Source: Cycas panzhihuaensis (lineage: Eukaryota > Plantae > Cycadophyta). Taken from it: 64,000 nucleotides of DNA. The notes under the pieces are model-generated. The model did not search any database. It was given only the letters and a program-made list of their open reading frames with translations, and was not told the origin of the DNA. The stretch is taken from positions 77,383,741 through 77,447,740 of the forward strand of contig CM041465.1 in assembly GCA_023213395.1 (NCBI GenBank), given 5' to 3'. Positions 62,081 through 64,000 of this stretch are shown here, one piece after another. Made by a program: the position numbers and the translations under genes. Each line of letters begins with the position of its first letter. Within the stretch, counting starts at the first letter, position 1.

Positions 62081-62474
62081 TAGAAGTTATAATCCCCTTG
62101 AATTTCAAGTAGAAAGTATTCAAGTAGCTAATCAACTATGATTGGGGGAATAAGAGTCATATGATCAATACCTCTTAGACTTAATGAAGTTAGATGAGGA
62201 ACATGCCATAGCACTATGAGAGATAAAAGTTAAAAGGATTAGAAGAAAGGTATGTCACAATAAGCATTTGTAACAACCATAATACTAGGTAAGCAATCTT
62301 GTCTTATTACATGATAGTAAATTTTAAATTAAATTAGGAAAAATAAAATTAAGGTGGTTAGGATCGTATAAAGGAAATTATATCTAGTTGAATGGAGCTA
62401 TTTAAATCAAATAATTAGATGGTAAAGTGTTGATCAAATTGGTCAATATGAGAAAATTAAAGTCATACAAGTAA
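62081..62474 (+). pseudogene. Integrase C-terminus (GPY/F region) of H
   Basis: 'LEVIIPLNF...LMKLDEE...KLRWLGSYK...KLKSYK*'. Confidence 0.8.
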
Positions 62475-62749
62475 AAAAGAGAAAAATTAAGTATGAACCA
62501 AATGAATGAAATTCCATTGTAATTATATTCTTATATGACAATCAAGATTATGATTATGATTAAAAGATAAACCATAATGACAACAAACAATAACAAGATA
62601 TGGTAGAAGGATGAAAAGATAATATGGGGGGCAATTGATAAAAGTTATTACTCCTAAGTAATAATGATAGATAGGTGCACCCGTTACTACCGTTACATTA
62701 ATAAATAGGCATAACCATTAATGATTAATCAATTTCTTTAAAAGAAGCA

Positions 62750-64000
62750 ATACATATAAAGAATGAAATTTGACAAGTACTCCAGAGAATCCAATAACAT
62801 TGAAAGGGTAACCATGAATATTTAAAAACCTAATGTCTGCTTCAAAGAATTAGACAAGATTTAAATATGCATAGAATAGTAAGTCATGTAGGAATAGGAC
62901 CCATAAATAATTGTCATTACTTTGGTTAGATTCAAGCAACACATTAGTATTGCAACTCTATCCTTTATCCCTGAATTTATTTTATGAGTAGTAATGATGA
63001 TTACTTCATAGGCTTCTAAATTTATTTTGTTTTCCCAAAAGTAATTATATAGGTGACATGATTACCAATAGATGGAGAAGATATACAAAAAACTCTCATA
63101 AGAGGCAAGAAACATAAGAATTAGGCATGGATCTAGCCTAAGTACCAGGTCTCAACATCAAGATTTTAGGTGTTAGTTTTAAAGTTACTAAATAGATGCC
63201 TTATGTTTTGTTTACCAAAGTGATTCTAGGGTAAAAAAGTCTTTATGTGCCAATAAATCTTTGATCATTACTCTTACGAGTCACCAAGGGAGACAAATTT
63301 AATTGGGTGAAGTTCCTCTTTGGGAAATTTCAACATAATTTATTGAACATTAAACATATAGGTTAGATAGTAAATTTCTTCCAATCCACTCTACTTCAAG
63401 GATTAATTTTTTCCTAATGTTTAGGAATTTAATTATTGGTTCTAGAATAGGGTCAACCCTAATTGGCCATATGATTGGGATATTTTAATAGAGATAATAT
63501 AGACTTATGATTTCTAGCAAATTTTATGAGTGCATGATATTACTAAGGCATGGATTCATTAGAGATGACAAAAGGTAACATAATATGCTTTTAGAGAAAT
63601 AATTAATGAAGATGAGAGAATTGGAAAAGTAAGAAGAGGACACTTTGCATGTAAAGACCTAAAGTCATAAGAATGAAGAAGAAAGGAAGAAATAAATTAA
63701 AAAAGGCAAGAATTTTAGAAGTAGAAGTAGAAAAAGGGGAAGAGTCCCAACCAATGATCAGTGACAAATCCATAAAAACACTCAAGCCAAAGTAAATTAT
63801 TAGATGAACCAAAGAAAAAATTTCAAGAAGAATTTATGAAGGTAAAAATAAGAGAAAATAAGAATTAGGGTAGGAAAGATACTAGAGGAACCTTAAGAAA
63901 TAGAATTCTTTAGAAAGGAACAAGCTTTTAAAGAAGAAATGGATTTAATGATATGCAATCTTTAGAATATGTCTATCTAGGAAACCTCTTTCTTGGCAAG
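62750..64000 (+). pseudogene. Possible degenerate 3' extra ORF of H, downstream of integrase
   Basis: 'FKQHISIATLSFIPEFIL' (~62930) and 'LLLRVTKGDKFNWVKFLFGKFQHNL' (63268-63345), followed by an E/K-rich tract (63600-64000). Confidence 0.4.

Overview
This window is AT-rich, heavily C-to-T-decayed plant DNA made almost entirely of nested retrotransposons; a large-genome seed plant such as a gymnosperm is my inference. I found no intact host gene, RNA gene or CRISPR array. The left end holds part of a Reina-like chromovirus (G1, -), a decayed CRP1/At5g42310-like PPR fragment (+) and a degenerate non-chromoviral Ty3/gypsy (M, -). From ~10.4 kb to the end runs one old gypsy (H, +), split by four LTR insertions with target-site duplications (TSDs): a non-autonomous copia-derived element A (12679-38304) and three copia elements C1-C3. 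Element A contains an L1 and a gag-only LTR element B (18992-37566). B in turn contains a full Reina-like chromovirus (G2) and two more L1s, giving four nesting levels. The most notable signal is that both M and H carry extra capsid(gag)-like domains between protease and reverse transcriptase (RT). Other signals are a conserved L1 3' stem-loop, a promoter module with identical spacing in two diverged Reina LTRs, and an apparently young L1 whose lesions look like long-read errors. All alignments and translations were done by eye.
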